Shown here in pieces: positions 48,015-57,532 of a stretch of 64,000 bases of DNA. How positions within the stretch are numbered: position 1 is the first letter of the stretch; the number at the start of each line of letters is the position of its first letter. The stretch comes from Candidatus Omnitrophota bacterium. Its GTDB lineage: Bacteria > Omnitrophota > Omnitrophia > Omnitrophales > Aquincolibacteriaceae. The position numbers were made by a program, and so were the translations under genes. The notes beneath the pieces were generated by a model, which searched no databases, was not told the DNA's origin, and saw only the letters and a program-made list of their open reading frames with translations. The stretch is taken from positions 4,622 through 68,621 of the forward strand of contig JAKLFP010000009.1 of the NCBI GenBank assembly GCA_022711115.1, in the 5' to 3' direction.

Positions 48015-48836
48015 CTAGAATTGCTCGAAAGCAGGGCCCTGACGGCCTAAATCGCCGGAAGGGGTTGCATGGAGAGGGACCAGGGATTCTTTTAAATCGG
48101 CATCGATTTTTTTCAAAGGAAGGATGATCACAAAACGGGCACCGGAATCCGGTTCGGAAACATTCTCGAAACGCAGTTCCCCGCCGCACCGTTCCACGAT
48201 TTCACGGGACAAGCACAATCCGATCCCTGTCCCCTGATTTTCTTTTTTTGTGCTGAAGAAAGGCTCAAAGATGCGCCCTCTGATTCCTTCCGGGATACCC
48301 TTTCCCGTGTCCTGGACCGAGATGCCGACACTTCCGTTTTGACGCCAGGTCGAAAGCGTCAGGATGCCGCGGCCCTCCATGGCCTGGAAGGCATTCTTGT
48401 AAAGATTATGGAAAACCAGTAAAAGGCCCCGGTCTTCGACATATAAGGGCTCCGGGTGGAAATTCTTCTGGATGGTCACGGCCTTGGATTCCTCATATTC
48501 GCTAAGTGCGTTCAAGCTCAGCTTCAGGAAGGAATGGATCTCGACAATTTTTGACGCGCTTTGATAACATTGCTGCGAATAGGCCACGAATTCATTCATG
48601 GCAAGAAAGGCTTGAAAGACTCCTTGTTTTGCCTTGGCAAGGTAGTCTCTTGTGACGGGATCGTCTTTTGCCTGGTCCCAGGCCAGATTGAGATACCTGC
48701 GAACAGCATCAAGAGGGTTGGTCAGCTCGTGGGCAAGACCGGCAGCGAACATGGCCATCGTGACCCCGGCGTTTTTCCCCTGCTCGTTCTTATTTGTTTT
48801 TCTTCTCTCTTGGAATACACAGTCGCTTTTAATCAA
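48015..48836 (-). CDS. Sensor histidine kinase core (HisKA plus HATPase_c), with no obvious membrane sensor domain
   Basis: H-box FAAGLAHELTNPL. G-boxes DTGKGIP and GTGIGLCLSREIVERCGG. Confidence 0.75.
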   Translation of the reverse strand: MIKSDCVFQERRKTNKNEQGKNAGVTMAMFAAGLAHELTNPLDAVRRYLNLAWDQAKDDPVTRDYLAKAKQGVFQAFLAMNEFVAYSQQCYQSASKIVEIHSFLKLSLNALSEYEESKAVTIQKNFHPEPLYVEDRGLLLVFHNLYKNAFQAMEGRGILTLSTWRQNGSVGISVQDTGKGIPEGIRGRIFEPFFSTKKENQGTGIGLCLSREIVERCGGELRFENVSEPDSGARFVIILPLKKIDADLKESLVPLHATPSGDLGRQGPAFEQF

Positions 48837-49415
48837 AGAAATGCCTTTCGATTCTAAGTGAGAAACTCCCCCTTAAAAACCCAACAGGAGTGCTGGTTCC
48901 TGAATGACTTCCTTGAAAATCTTCATAATGCCTTATGTCGAAAAATTCCAACACGATCACCTGATCTCAGAGATGATTCAGATTTTATAGGACTTGAAAT
49001 AACGGTGGTGCTCGTATGCGGTATTCACCGATTTCGAAGATTGTGATTTAACAATAACCTATCTTTTGAAAAATTGCAAGTCTGAAAAAAAAGATTTTTC
49101 TTTTCTGTTTATAAAGTATTTTCTTTGGAAAAACCCTAGTTTTGCATACTTACAACTGCCCCTGCGGCGCCTCACAGATAACGGGCGCAACCCATCCAGC
49201 TGAATACTCTCTCTTGATTCCAAATCTATATCCATGAAGCGTATCCACCATCAAATTACAAGAAGCGGGAGAGGCCCATTCCCCATTTCTGAGCTTTTTC
49301 CGCCACCTCAAGACGAAATGGACCTTTCAGTCGATCCTGCATGAGGGATTTCGATGATACGAACGAAGCGTCTTGTCTGACGGGAGATTCGCGGGCAAGG
49401 CCGCATGACAGGCGC

Positions 49416-50144
49416 CTAACGGGCGGCGCAGGACTCTTCGGGTTCTTTCAAAAAATAGGATTTCATGCTGTGCTCCTGCGGCACAATATCAAACCACCGC
49501 TGGATGTTCATATGCATGGCGATCGACGGATGGCCGCAAGCCGGGGCGTACGGGCGTTCAGATCCGATTTTTTGAAAGGTAAAGGACCGATAAAGCGGTT
49601 CGTGCTTCGGATGGACCGCAATCACAAAATCCGTCATGCAAGTGAACCGGGCATAATCGAAGGCGCCCTTAAACAGGATGAAGGCATCGGCCAGCTTCCT
49701 GAAATAGGCGAGGTGCCCGCGATCGCTCCGGAATAACGCGGGGTCGAGCGCAAACAAACCTATTTCGGCAATACAATGGACCGGCGACTTCAAGGCCTTG
49801 ATCTCACTCTCAAATGCCGATTCCGCGGGCAATCCGTGCGGAGAATCCATCATCAAACTCAAAGTACCCGCCACTTGCCCTTTTTTCTCCAGAATAAAGG
49901 TCCTTGATGTAGGAAGAAAACAGTGAAACGTGTAATGCATCCGGGAAGGATTGGGCTGACAGAACCCGCGCTTCAAATATTCGCGGTAAAGCAACCGGTA
50001 AGCAGCCGCAAGTTCGTCCTCACTGCGGGCAATGCGGAGAACGCTGTCGTCATCCTCTTTTCGTACTGCGACCGCGTCACAAAGCCTACGGATCATGCTA
50101 AAATTTTCATTTGATGAAGCTGTATGTTGAATCATGGTCATCAC
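49416..50144 (-). CDS. GNAT-related N-acyltransferase (FeeM / autoinducer-synthase-like; PEP-CTERM/exosortase-associated acyltransferase type)
   Basis: About 240 aa, N-acyl amino acid synthase-like core. Context is a PEP-CTERM locus. Confidence 0.45.
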   Translation of the reverse strand: MMTMIQHTASSNENFSMIRRLCDAVAVRKEDDDSVLRIARSEDELAAAYRLLYREYLKRGFCQPNPSRMHYTFHCFLPTSRTFILEKKGQVAGTLSLMMDSPHGLPAESAFESEIKALKSPVHCIAEIGLFALDPALFRSDRGHLAYFRKLADAFILFKGAFDYARFTCMTDFVIAVHPKHEPLYRSFTFQKIGSERPYAPACGHPSIAMHMNIQRWFDIVPQEHSMKSYFLKEPEESCAAR

Positions 50145-50486
50145 ACCTCGATTTATTGTCGGCCCTTTTAAAGATTTATTAAGCGTTTGAATTTATTAAA
50201 AAATGCGTCGCCTCTCAAATCAAAGAGGTCTTTTATATTTCCGGCGGGAAACGAAGTTTCACCCGGGAGTCATTGATCGCAACGGACTATCCACTTTCCA
50301 GGCAAAAAAAATGCGGCAATACCCGGATGTCCCATTTGATATTTTATGGATGATCACGGAAGGCGTCCCGACTCCAATCCATGATTTTTGATGCGAGGAC
50401 TTCATCGGTTTTTGATTGAATAGTGCTTGATGAGAACAAGAGGCAGGTCGTGTTTCAAAGTTTCAAACTACTGTTATGTCACTTGC

Positions 50487-50930
50487 TTACTTTCCGCCAA
50501 CGGTGTCCAAAACCTCCCCTGTCTTGCGGTCAACAAAAACCCAGAGATCGCCGCCTTTCATCATTTGCTTTGGACCAAAATATAAAGTTTGATAGTCTTT
50601 ACCCTTCAGCTTTGGACGATCCTCTTCAGGTGTCGTTCCCCTCACGGGCTTCCACTCATTTGTTTCCTTGTTATATTTAGAAACACCTTTCCGCTTTAAA
50701 TGTTTTTTGAACATTTCATTGCTATCGTCATAAATAATCTTCATGGAATCAATATCGTATCCACGCTCCACTGCTTTTGCTTTGGCAATCTCAATGATTT
50801 TTTCCTTGGACAACGCTTCAGCGGCCTTAACGCCGTTGACCATTCCCATTGCCAACAAAAAAACACAAATCCCAAATCTTAGAGATTTTTTAAATCGCAT
50901 ATTTTTAACCTCCATTTTTTTGAATATCAT
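50487..50930 (-). CDS. Secreted small protein (PepSY-like)
   Basis: Signal peptide (KSLRFGICVFLLAMGMVNGVKA). KEKIIEIAKAKAVERGYDIDSMKI is PepSY-like. Confidence 0.4.
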   Translation of the reverse strand: MIFKKMEVKNMRFKKSLRFGICVFLLAMGMVNGVKAAEALSKEKIIEIAKAKAVERGYDIDSMKIIYDDSNEMFKKHLKRKGVSKYNKETNEWKPVRGTTPEEDRPKLKGKDYQTLYFGPKQMMKGGDLWVFVDRKTGEVLDTVGGK

Positions 50931-51166
50931 CTATTAAGACGAGCTGAGCGTTTTCATACCGATAACGCTCAACTTCCAGCTCCTTAGTCTCATAGAGCCA
51001 GTTTATAAATAAAGACGTGGAGGTGCCCTGATTACTATCAAACTTTAAGGAAATCAGGACTCCTGCAGTTCCCGATTTATTTTTTGAATGATACTGGAGG
51101 TGGAGCGTACAACCTCGTTTCGCAAACTAAGCTAAGCCTGTGAAGATTTCACGACCTCGTATGATC

Positions 51167-51487
51167 CTAGCCAACAATTTTGATGATTTTTCCTGGCGGC
51201 AATTTCCTCAGTGCGGCCAGAATCTTCGGAACCATCGGCCAAATGTTTTCAAGGCGGTTATTTTTGACCGAAAGCAAGATTACCGTCATTGTAGACCTGC
51301 TCAGATTCTGCTGAAACTGCAGGTTTTGATCGAGCGTGATAAATACGTCGAATTCCTTTTCAGCCAACCGAAGAAGCTCACCGTTTTTCTTGCCAGCCCA
51401 TCCCGCCTCGGGCACTGTCACAACCTGGAAACCTCGAAACTCCTTTTTCAGAGCACGCGGAAGGCACTCATCAAGCAACAATCGCAT
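51167..51487 (-). CDS. DUF5615 (PIN-like/Mut7-C-like) putative toxin
   Basis: MRLLLDECLPRALKKEF...VFITLDQNL typical of DUF5615. Paired with the upstream DUF433 gene. Confidence 0.6.
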   Translation of the reverse strand: MRLLLDECLPRALKKEFRGFQVVTVPEAGWAGKKNGELLRLAEKEFDVFITLDQNLQFQQNLSRSTMTVILLSVKNNRLENIWPMVPKILAALRKLPPGKIIKIVG

Positions 51488-51695
51488 GCTTTTCCCTCGC
51501 GAGCATCAACTTTAGCTTTTCCAGCACAATAACCGCTTGAGTCTTTCGGACTGTCGGGAAATCATCCAAAAAATCGCGGAGCGTCTTTCCTTCCTCAAAA
51601 TAGTCGATGAGCGATTGGACCGGCACCCGCGTGCCGGCAAAAACAAGTGTTCCGCCCAAAACATCTCTGGATCGACTTAACAATTTTTGTTTCAT
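51471..51695 (-). CDS. DUF433 putative antitoxin
   Basis: VLGGTLVFAGTRVPVQSLIDYFEEGKTLRDFLDDFP is a DUF433 signature. Overlaps the DUF5615 gene. Confidence 0.6.
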   Translation of the reverse strand: MKQKLLSRSRDVLGGTLVFAGTRVPVQSLIDYFEEGKTLRDFLDDFPTVRKTQAVIVLEKLKLMLAREKHAIVA

Positions 51696-51926
51696 TTTTC
51701 ACATTCCTTTCAACTTTTTAGATCCTCACACTCACCCTTAATCAGAATCAACCGTGAGTCGCGATAAACATACTTCTCTATTTCTAACTCTTTTTCTAGA
51801 TAGTCTGCGCATAATGGCTGGAGGTGGAGGGAATATCTTTATCCCCTTTCCTATCTCCTTTCTCCACCAATACATTAGCAAAATCCATATCGATTTGCCA
51901 CCAGTTCTTGCCACTGTAACTCATAT

Positions 51927-53111
51927 TCAGATCTCAGTGAATTTAAGTGCTGTCTTCGTCGCAGCATCCGTTCGGTGCGAATAATGACGCAGGCACACCT
52001 TTATGTCCCGATGTCCCGTAATCCCCATAACGTTTTTCGGGGCAACCCCCTGATCCAGCAATTCCGTAACCACACACTTCCTGAAGACCTTGGATGTGAT
52101 CTCACGTCCCAGGATCTTCAAGGATGCTTTCTTGAGATAATTATTAAAGCGGTCGTAGGACAGCCGTTTGCCTTTGGAATTAGGGAATAGGCAAGTCGCG
52201 TTCGGATTGTAATAGTGCAGCAGGACATCACGTAACCCCCTGTCGTCCTTGACCAGGGTGGAGTGCAGCTCCTCCTTGTTCTTTCGATCCCCCGCTTCGA
52301 CACGAATGGCGATCGAAACAGCATTTTCAAAAGCGATATTCTTGGTCTTGATGGATAAGATCTCACAAATCCGCCAACCGAGTCGCATCAGGAAATACAA
52401 CACCCCCCAATATACAGGCTTGTCCTTCTTAACAAATTCCAGCAATTTCCGCTTTTCATCCTTAGCAATCGGGGTATACGGGGTTTCTCGCATTCTGGGA
52501 ACCTTCAAATCAGACAATTCGGTCACAACGTCACTTCCGCAATAACCCGCTCGGTAGAACCGCTTCATATTGGATTTAAGCACTTGTAGCTCAGTCCGCC
52601 AGCCCTTTTCACGATTCAATTTAATCGTTACATACCGTTGGAAATCCAGCAGTGCACCTCTTGGCAGCTGACTGATTCTCTGCAAGTCGGGATACTCCTG
52701 TCGGAGAAAATCGATGAAGTGCTGCCACCCACTGAGCGATCGGTTGATGGTCTTGCGTCGGCAGGCGTCGGCAACCATCATCTGTCTAAGTTCATCCTTC
52801 AATGCCTCGAACGACTGGCTCTGTTTGGATCCGCTTTGAAAACTCTTTTCACTTCGGAGGGTTCTCAGCCATTCGTGACGCTGGAATTCCGCCTCTCGCT
52901 GGGATTTCTTCTCCAGATGAATGGTCTTGTATTTCCTATCGCCCGATGCATCATAGCCATCAAGCAGATAGACATGCAGGCCAATCTTGTCAGTGTTTCG
53001 GTACCGAACACCCTTAATTTGCTTCGCCAACTTCCCCTCCTGCAACAGCCATTCCCCGCTCTTTAACCCACCGCCTGAAGTCAGCGACTGGCGAAAGGAG
53101 TCGTTTCCCAA
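51927..53111 (-). CDS. Tyrosine-type site-specific recombinase/integrase
   Basis: C-terminal catalytic region ITGHRDIKVCLRHYSH (H-x-x-R ... Y). Domain size typical of phage integrases. Confidence 0.8.
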   Translation of the reverse strand: MGNDSFRQSLTSGGGLKSGEWLLQEGKLAKQIKGVRYRNTDKIGLHVYLLDGYDASGDRKYKTIHLEKKSQREAEFQRHEWLRTLRSEKSFQSGSKQSQSFEALKDELRQMMVADACRRKTINRSLSGWQHFIDFLRQEYPDLQRISQLPRGALLDFQRYVTIKLNREKGWRTELQVLKSNMKRFYRAGYCGSDVVTELSDLKVPRMRETPYTPIAKDEKRKLLEFVKKDKPVYWGVLYFLMRLGWRICEILSIKTKNIAFENAVSIAIRVEAGDRKNKEELHSTLVKDDRGLRDVLLHYYNPNATCLFPNSKGKRLSYDRFNNYLKKASLKILGREITSKVFRKCVVTELLDQGVAPKNVMGITGHRDIKVCLRHYSHRTDAATKTALKFTEI

Positions 53112-53226
53112 GCCTGATCAGCGGACAACCAGACGACTTTTTCCACCGACTCGACTGGATTGTATTCGGTCGAATCCGCAAGATTTTCGCAATCTCTTCA
53201 ACGCTTAAGAACTCCGATTCAATCAT
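53014..53226 (-). CDS. Excisionase/AlpA-like HTH DNA-binding protein
   Basis: LSVEEIAKILRIRPNTIQSSRWKK HTH. 70 aa. Directly upstream of the integrase. Confidence 0.5.
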   Translation of the reverse strand: MIESEFLSVEEIAKILRIRPNTIQSSRWKKSSGCPLIRLGKRLLSPVADFRRWVKERGMAVAGGEVGEAN

Positions 53227-53227
53227 T

Positions 53228-53800
53228 TCAATCTACCCCCTGTGTTGGACTTCGTTTCCCAAGTTTCCTGGATTCTTTATCACGCCCTGCATACCTCAAA
53301 CAATAACCTGAAGTTGCCCTCTTTCGCTTATCCCCAGCCCCGACAGGCCGCCCCAACCGCCGCCCACTTGCCCGTGCACGATCCAATCCTCCAAGCACCC
53401 GTGAACGGATGATTTCTCTTTCGAGTTCCGCAAATATGCCGAGGAGTTGCCAAAATGCTCGGTTCATCGGACTGTCGTTTGAGGTGTCGATGCCATCGGC
53501 GATTGAGACAAGACGAACGTTTCGATTCTTAAACTCTGCCAGCAAATTCAGAAGGTGCTTGAGTGATCGGCCAAGCCGATCCAACTTAGTTAAAAGAATC
53601 GTTCTGATCGATCCCAATCTGACTTCTTTTAAGAGTAGATCCAACTGCGGCCTAGAATCCCTCACCCCACTGATCCCGACATCAGAATAGATCTTGAATT
53701 TTGAGATCCCTTGATTCGAGCAGTAGTCTTTCAGCATCTTCACTTGGGCAGCAACGTCCTGTTTTACCGTGCTTACCCTACAATACAATGCAGTGCTCAC
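53228..53800 (-). CDS. Serine recombinase (resolvase/invertase family)
   Basis: N-terminal ALYCRVSTVKQD catalytic-serine motif. C-terminal HTH. Confidence 0.85.
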   Translation of the reverse strand: MSTALYCRVSTVKQDVAAQVKMLKDYCSNQGISKFKIYSDVGISGVRDSRPQLDLLLKEVRLGSIRTILLTKLDRLGRSLKHLLNLLAEFKNRNVRLVSIADGIDTSNDSPMNRAFWQLLGIFAELEREIIRSRVLGGLDRARASGRRLGRPVGAGDKRKRATSGYCLRYAGRDKESRKLGKRSPTQGVD

Positions 53801-53876
53801 GCTTCACCTCATACTACGGTCATACGCCGTATGAATTATACAAATTTCAATCTCCTTGTCAAATGCTTAATTAGAT

Positions 53877-54425
53877 TTATTTCTTAGGAATAGGCTTGTA
53901 AAGGGACGCTGCGGACTTATGCAGATCACGCATCTGCACTTCGAAAGACTGACCTCTGCTGACCATCTCCTGGACAACGTCGGCGAGCTCATGCTTGCTG
54001 GCAATCATTTTGATCTTACTCAGAATCTCTTTCTCTTTTACCGATCCACCACCCTCATAGAAAATGCTGCTGGAGCAAAAACTGTATGATTCGGTTAAAG
54101 CAAATGGGATCACCATCTGGTGGCCCTTTTCCTCATCAATCGAGAAATCATCTTTTGTTATGGTCTTAAAATAAATCTGAATTTCATGACGTGTTCGTTC
54201 TTCACGCCTCCGTGCCTCATAGAGCTGGCTCCATGAAATGCCACACAGTCTCAGCAATTTCACATTATTCAGAATCCGCAACTCTTCGAGAGTAAAGAGG
54301 CGTTGCTTCCCCCTCCCCTTCCTCTCCATTTTGAGTTTGATCAAAGCCTTACCAACCCACGCAGCGGTCACCTGGAGGCGGTGGCAGATCTCGGTTAGAT
54401 TTAATTCCTTAGGGATAATCGCCAT
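53877..54425 (-). CDS. Hypothetical protein with N-terminal HTH
   Basis: LTEICHRLQVTAAWVGKALIKL helix-turn-helix-like. 182 aa. Confidence 0.4.
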   Translation of the reverse strand: MAIIPKELNLTEICHRLQVTAAWVGKALIKLKMERKGRGKQRLFTLEELRILNNVKLLRLCGISWSQLYEARRREERTRHEIQIYFKTITKDDFSIDEEKGHQMVIPFALTESYSFCSSSIFYEGGGSVKEKEILSKIKMIASKHELADVVQEMVSRGQSFEVQMRDLHKSAASLYKPIPKK

Positions 54426-54519
54426 GGCCGAATATCATACATCGTATGACCTAGAGGTCAAGGTATTTCAAGGTATTCGCATTTCACGGCCTTCGCCGTC
54501 CGCAGGATCTTTAGGAACA

Positions 54520-55131
54520 CTATATCGCAGGATTCGTCGATTTCGAGGCATCGGGAACATGATCCTTCAACCTCTCTTTAACCGATTCCTTCCAGGCCAC
54601 GTCCGCAAGAATATGGGCAACCTGCTCCATCCGAGATTGCTTATCATCAAAGATCTGGCGAGCTACTGCCTTAGAAACCCTGATGGTGCAGTTGTAGGTG
54701 GTAGCCTTGGCTGGTTCTTGCTCAGGGGCAGGCTCCGCCCGCTTCTTTTTACCCTTCTTTTTGGGCGGAAGCGGAATCGTCATAGAGTGCATAAACGTAA
54801 CTTGAAGCTCATCATTAGGGATGCTTTCTAAGTATTTCTCGAACTGCTTAAGTGTTTCCTTGCTGCAGAAAAATCTCTTTCCACCAAAGATCGCATCCCA
54901 AAGCGACAGGTTTTCAGAGCCATCACCTGCGACTGTAAGTACTCCTTCGGTTCCATCTTCAAAAATGACCTTTTTGCCATCCTTGAGGACTTGAGTGGAA
55001 GCCTGGCGTGCGAGGTTCTCATTCTTCTCCAGCTCAACGCATTCGACACACTTCGCCAGAGTCTCTTTTGGATCATTCAGGGGTTCGATCTCCCCCATCG
55101 TTTTGTCACATCTTCTGCAAACGATTTTCAC
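54520..55131 (-). CDS. Hypothetical protein with N-terminal CxxC...CxxC zinc ribbon and a Lys-rich linker
   Basis: MKIVCRRCDKTMGE...KCVECVE. KKKGKKKR stretch. Confidence 0.4.
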   Translation of the reverse strand: MKIVCRRCDKTMGEIEPLNDPKETLAKCVECVELEKNENLARQASTQVLKDGKKVIFEDGTEGVLTVAGDGSENLSLWDAIFGGKRFFCSKETLKQFEKYLESIPNDELQVTFMHSMTIPLPPKKKGKKKRAEPAPEQEPAKATTYNCTIRVSKAVARQIFDDKQSRMEQVAHILADVAWKESVKERLKDHVPDASKSTNPAI

Positions 55132-55308
55132 GGCTCCATCATCCTTAAAATGTTTCCTTTATCTTAACGAATCGATCAAGAGAGCTCTACCAAATAATCA
55201 TTTGATTATTTGGTTTCATAGATCACCGCTCCCATCGAAGGGGTTTTGGACAATAAATTAGGGGGAGGTTTATTTGGTACGCCTTCCATGGCTGGGTTAT
55301 AATCCCGC

Positions 55309-55530
55309 ATGAACCCCAACTTCAAAATATCATCATCCACGGATTCGGAAGGTTTCAAGATCACATGCTACGATATGCGAAACGGTAAGCGGATTCCGCT
55401 GACAGGAATTTGCACTCACGAGAATATCCGAAAGATCAAAGCAAAGAAACCAGCATCAGACCCTGTCGCTCAACTCCGAGATGTAATGCAACGATCGCTC
55501 GAAGTGTGGGAAGAAAAGGGCCTGATTTGA
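55309..55530 (+). CDS. Hypothetical small protein, 73 aa
   Basis: Only + strand ORF in the element. No recognisable motif. Confidence 0.25.
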   Translation: MNPNFKISSSTDSEGFKITCYDMRNGKRIPLTGICTHENIRKIKAKKPASDPVAQLRDVMQRSLEVWEEKGLI

Positions 55531-55554
55531 CCGAGCAGTAATTCGGTTACTGAA

Positions 55555-55731
55555 TTATTCTGCCTTCTGTCTTCCTACCACGTTGTACTTCTTATCTAGC
55601 TTGATCAACAACTCGAATAAATTCGCCGTGTTCGTGGCGATTTCCCTGGCATCCTCCATGGTCAACGGCTCCTTGGAATACGGTTGCCAAACCTTGATCG
55701 TCTTCTCCAAGAACTCGTCGGAATAAGTCAT
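55555..55731 (-). CDS. Small ORF, 58 aa (MTYSDEFLEKTIKVWQPYSKEPLTMEDAREIATNTANLFELLIKLDKKYNVVGRQKAE); not in the supplied track because it is under 60 aa
   Basis: ATGA start/stop overlap with the upstream gene 55728..56096. Clean protein-like composition. Confidence 0.35.
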   Translation of the reverse strand: MTYSDEFLEKTIKVWQPYSKEPLTMEDAREIATNTANLFELLIKLDKKYNVVGRQKAE

Positions 55732-56096
55732 GACAACGCTGCCAGGAGCTGCCGTGCAGCCCGCTCATTTCGGATTGCCTTGTTCATTCCATACGGATCT
55801 GATTTGAGGTGAAGCCTGAGAAACCTACGAGACTTCTTCGGATCACGAGATGCGTAGTACCTGCCAAGCTTAAAGAGTTCGTCGGTGTTTGGTAACGGGA
55901 GTGGGATTCGCAACCTTTGGTACTCAGCTACCAGGTGCTCCAATTCCTTCGCAGCTGGCCCAGTCTTCCCCCGTCGTTCGAGGTGCCGAGCAACCTGCTG
56001 TGTAAGCCAAAAAGGGCGTTTTAAGCGACGGTATAAAGCCAGGGCCTTCCCGTATTGCTTCCGTTGCCATAACTGATCAAATACCTCAACCTTCAT
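55728..56096 (-). CDS. Hypothetical protein, 122 aa
   Basis: Member of an overlapping five-gene minus-strand operon. Confidence 0.45.
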   Translation of the reverse strand: MKVEVFDQLWQRKQYGKALALYRRLKRPFWLTQQVARHLERRGKTGPAAKELEHLVAEYQRLRIPLPLPNTDELFKLGRYYASRDPKKSRRFLRLHLKSDPYGMNKAIRNERAARQLLAALS

Positions 56097-56655
56097 GCGT
56101 ACCCATTCCTAAAGGCCGTATCTTCGCCGTCTCAGGCCCTGGCTTGCCCGAACGAAGCTCCTCAAGAACAGCGGTAGCAACCTTGATTCTTCCACTTTCT
56201 TCTTCGCCCGACGCAACCTTGAAATAGTGTTCAAAGTAATCCACCGCTTCAGAATCTTTCCCATCTCGAACAGAATTGTAGCCAAGCCAGTACCAACTCG
56301 GTGCGAAGTTTGGATTAGCCTCCGTCGATTTCTTGAAGTATCCGTTACCTTCCTCCGAGCCCATATTGATCAAGGCGAGGTCATACCAGGCCACGTATCG
56401 TTTCGGATCAAGCTCAACCGCCCGCTTCAAATGAACAGTTGCCCGCTCTGCCTGATTGTCCGACATCAGGAGTGCATGGCCGATCGCTTCCTCGATCTCC
56501 GCCTCACCCCTACCCTGGCCACTTAGATCTTCGTACAGCTGCTGCTCGATCCTGACCCAATCAATGTCATTAGGCGTATCTGCGGAATAACCAGCAATCG
56601 TCAAAGATAGGAAACAAATAATCGCCAAACCAGCATTCTTCAAACTGCAACTCAT
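56086..56655 (-). CDS. Secreted TPR-repeat protein
   Basis: Signal peptide MSCSLKNAGLAIICFLSLTIAGYSA. TPR-like repeats (AVELDPKRYVAWYDLALI..., ANPNFAPSWYWLGY...). Confidence 0.6.
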   Translation of the reverse strand: MSCSLKNAGLAIICFLSLTIAGYSADTPNDIDWVRIEQQLYEDLSGQGRGEAEIEEAIGHALLMSDNQAERATVHLKRAVELDPKRYVAWYDLALINMGSEEGNGYFKKSTEANPNFAPSWYWLGYNSVRDGKDSEAVDYFEHYFKVASGEEESGRIKVATAVLEELRSGKPGPETAKIRPLGMGTHEG

Positions 56656-57098
56656 TATGGAATTTGAGCCACCCTAAATCGAATGGTCTTGTGAGTTGTA
56701 TTATTGAAGAGAACTCGAATACCATAAGTGTCAAATTTCTCGAATTTAATGTTCTCGAAATTTAACACTGCCAGAAATCCCTCAGGCCATCCCTTTGGGG
56801 TTAATCGATTCTTTCCTACATGAAGAGGCCCTCCTGCAGCAACCACCTCGTGACCATCGCCATCCAAGATGATCACTCGCAGATCATGATCTCTGTCAAC
56901 TTCCGCAGCATCAAATGACAATTTAATGACCACCGACAAACTCTTATGAATCACGGGTAGTTGTTTCGCAAAGATTGTGTCGAAAGCACCACCCAAGACA
57001 TAAAGTTTCCCTCCAACCGCCTCCGCTCTATCTGCTAATAGACAAAAGTCAACTTCCATTCTAATCACCTCCGTCGTAATTCTTGCTTTCAGTTCCAA
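56655..57098 (-). CDS. Hypothetical protein, 147 aa
   Basis: Overlaps both neighbours. No recognisable family. Confidence 0.45.
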   Translation of the reverse strand: MELKARITTEVIRMEVDFCLLADRAEAVGGKLYVLGGAFDTIFAKQLPVIHKSLSVVIKLSFDAAEVDRDHDLRVIILDGDGHEVVAAGGPLHVGKNRLTPKGWPEGFLAVLNFENIKFEKFDTYGIRVLFNNTTHKTIRFRVAQIP

Positions 57099-57381
57099 TA
57101 GAACTGCTACCCGTTTGAATAATGACTATCTTGATTTCTCTTTGCACACCTGGCTCTAACTGAACAACCTGTGTTTCTTCTCTTAACTTCAACTCACGGT
57201 GTTCGGATTCGAGTTGCTGCTTCAACGATTCGTTCGCCTTGATTTCCGAACCGTGAATCATCGAATTAAGTTTCCACCCGATAAACCCGACAAGCAGAAG
57301 ACAACCATAGAATGTGGGCTGAATACAAAGAACTTTGAGCTGCTCAAAATTGTCTTCCAAAAATTTCATTAGATCATTCAT
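57061..57381 (-). CDS. Small single-pass membrane / coiled-coil protein, 106 aa
   Basis: One hydrophobic segment (CIQPTFYGCLLLVGFIGW) followed by a charged coiled-coil-like region. Confidence 0.4.
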   Translation of the reverse strand: MNDLMKFLEDNFEQLKVLCIQPTFYGCLLLVGFIGWKLNSMIHGSEIKANESLKQQLESEHRELKLREETQVVQLEPGVQREIKIVIIQTGSSSIGTESKNYDGGD

Positions 57382-57532
57382 ACTTCAAAACTCCAAACTT
57401 TCTATACGCATCAAGGGCGGCATCTTTGACAGGCTGCGGAACGATCGGGAAGGTGCTGAGGATGTGGGCGAACTCCTCCTCCGTGAGATCGTACAAATGA
57501 GCAACCATGCCGTCCAGTCTCATGACACGTAC

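Noticed and set aside
51098-51830. The 12-mer CTGGAGGTGGAG repeated at 51098 and 51819 as att sites
   Set aside because: It is too short to be convincing on its own. Kept only as a low-confidence note within the integrative-element finding.
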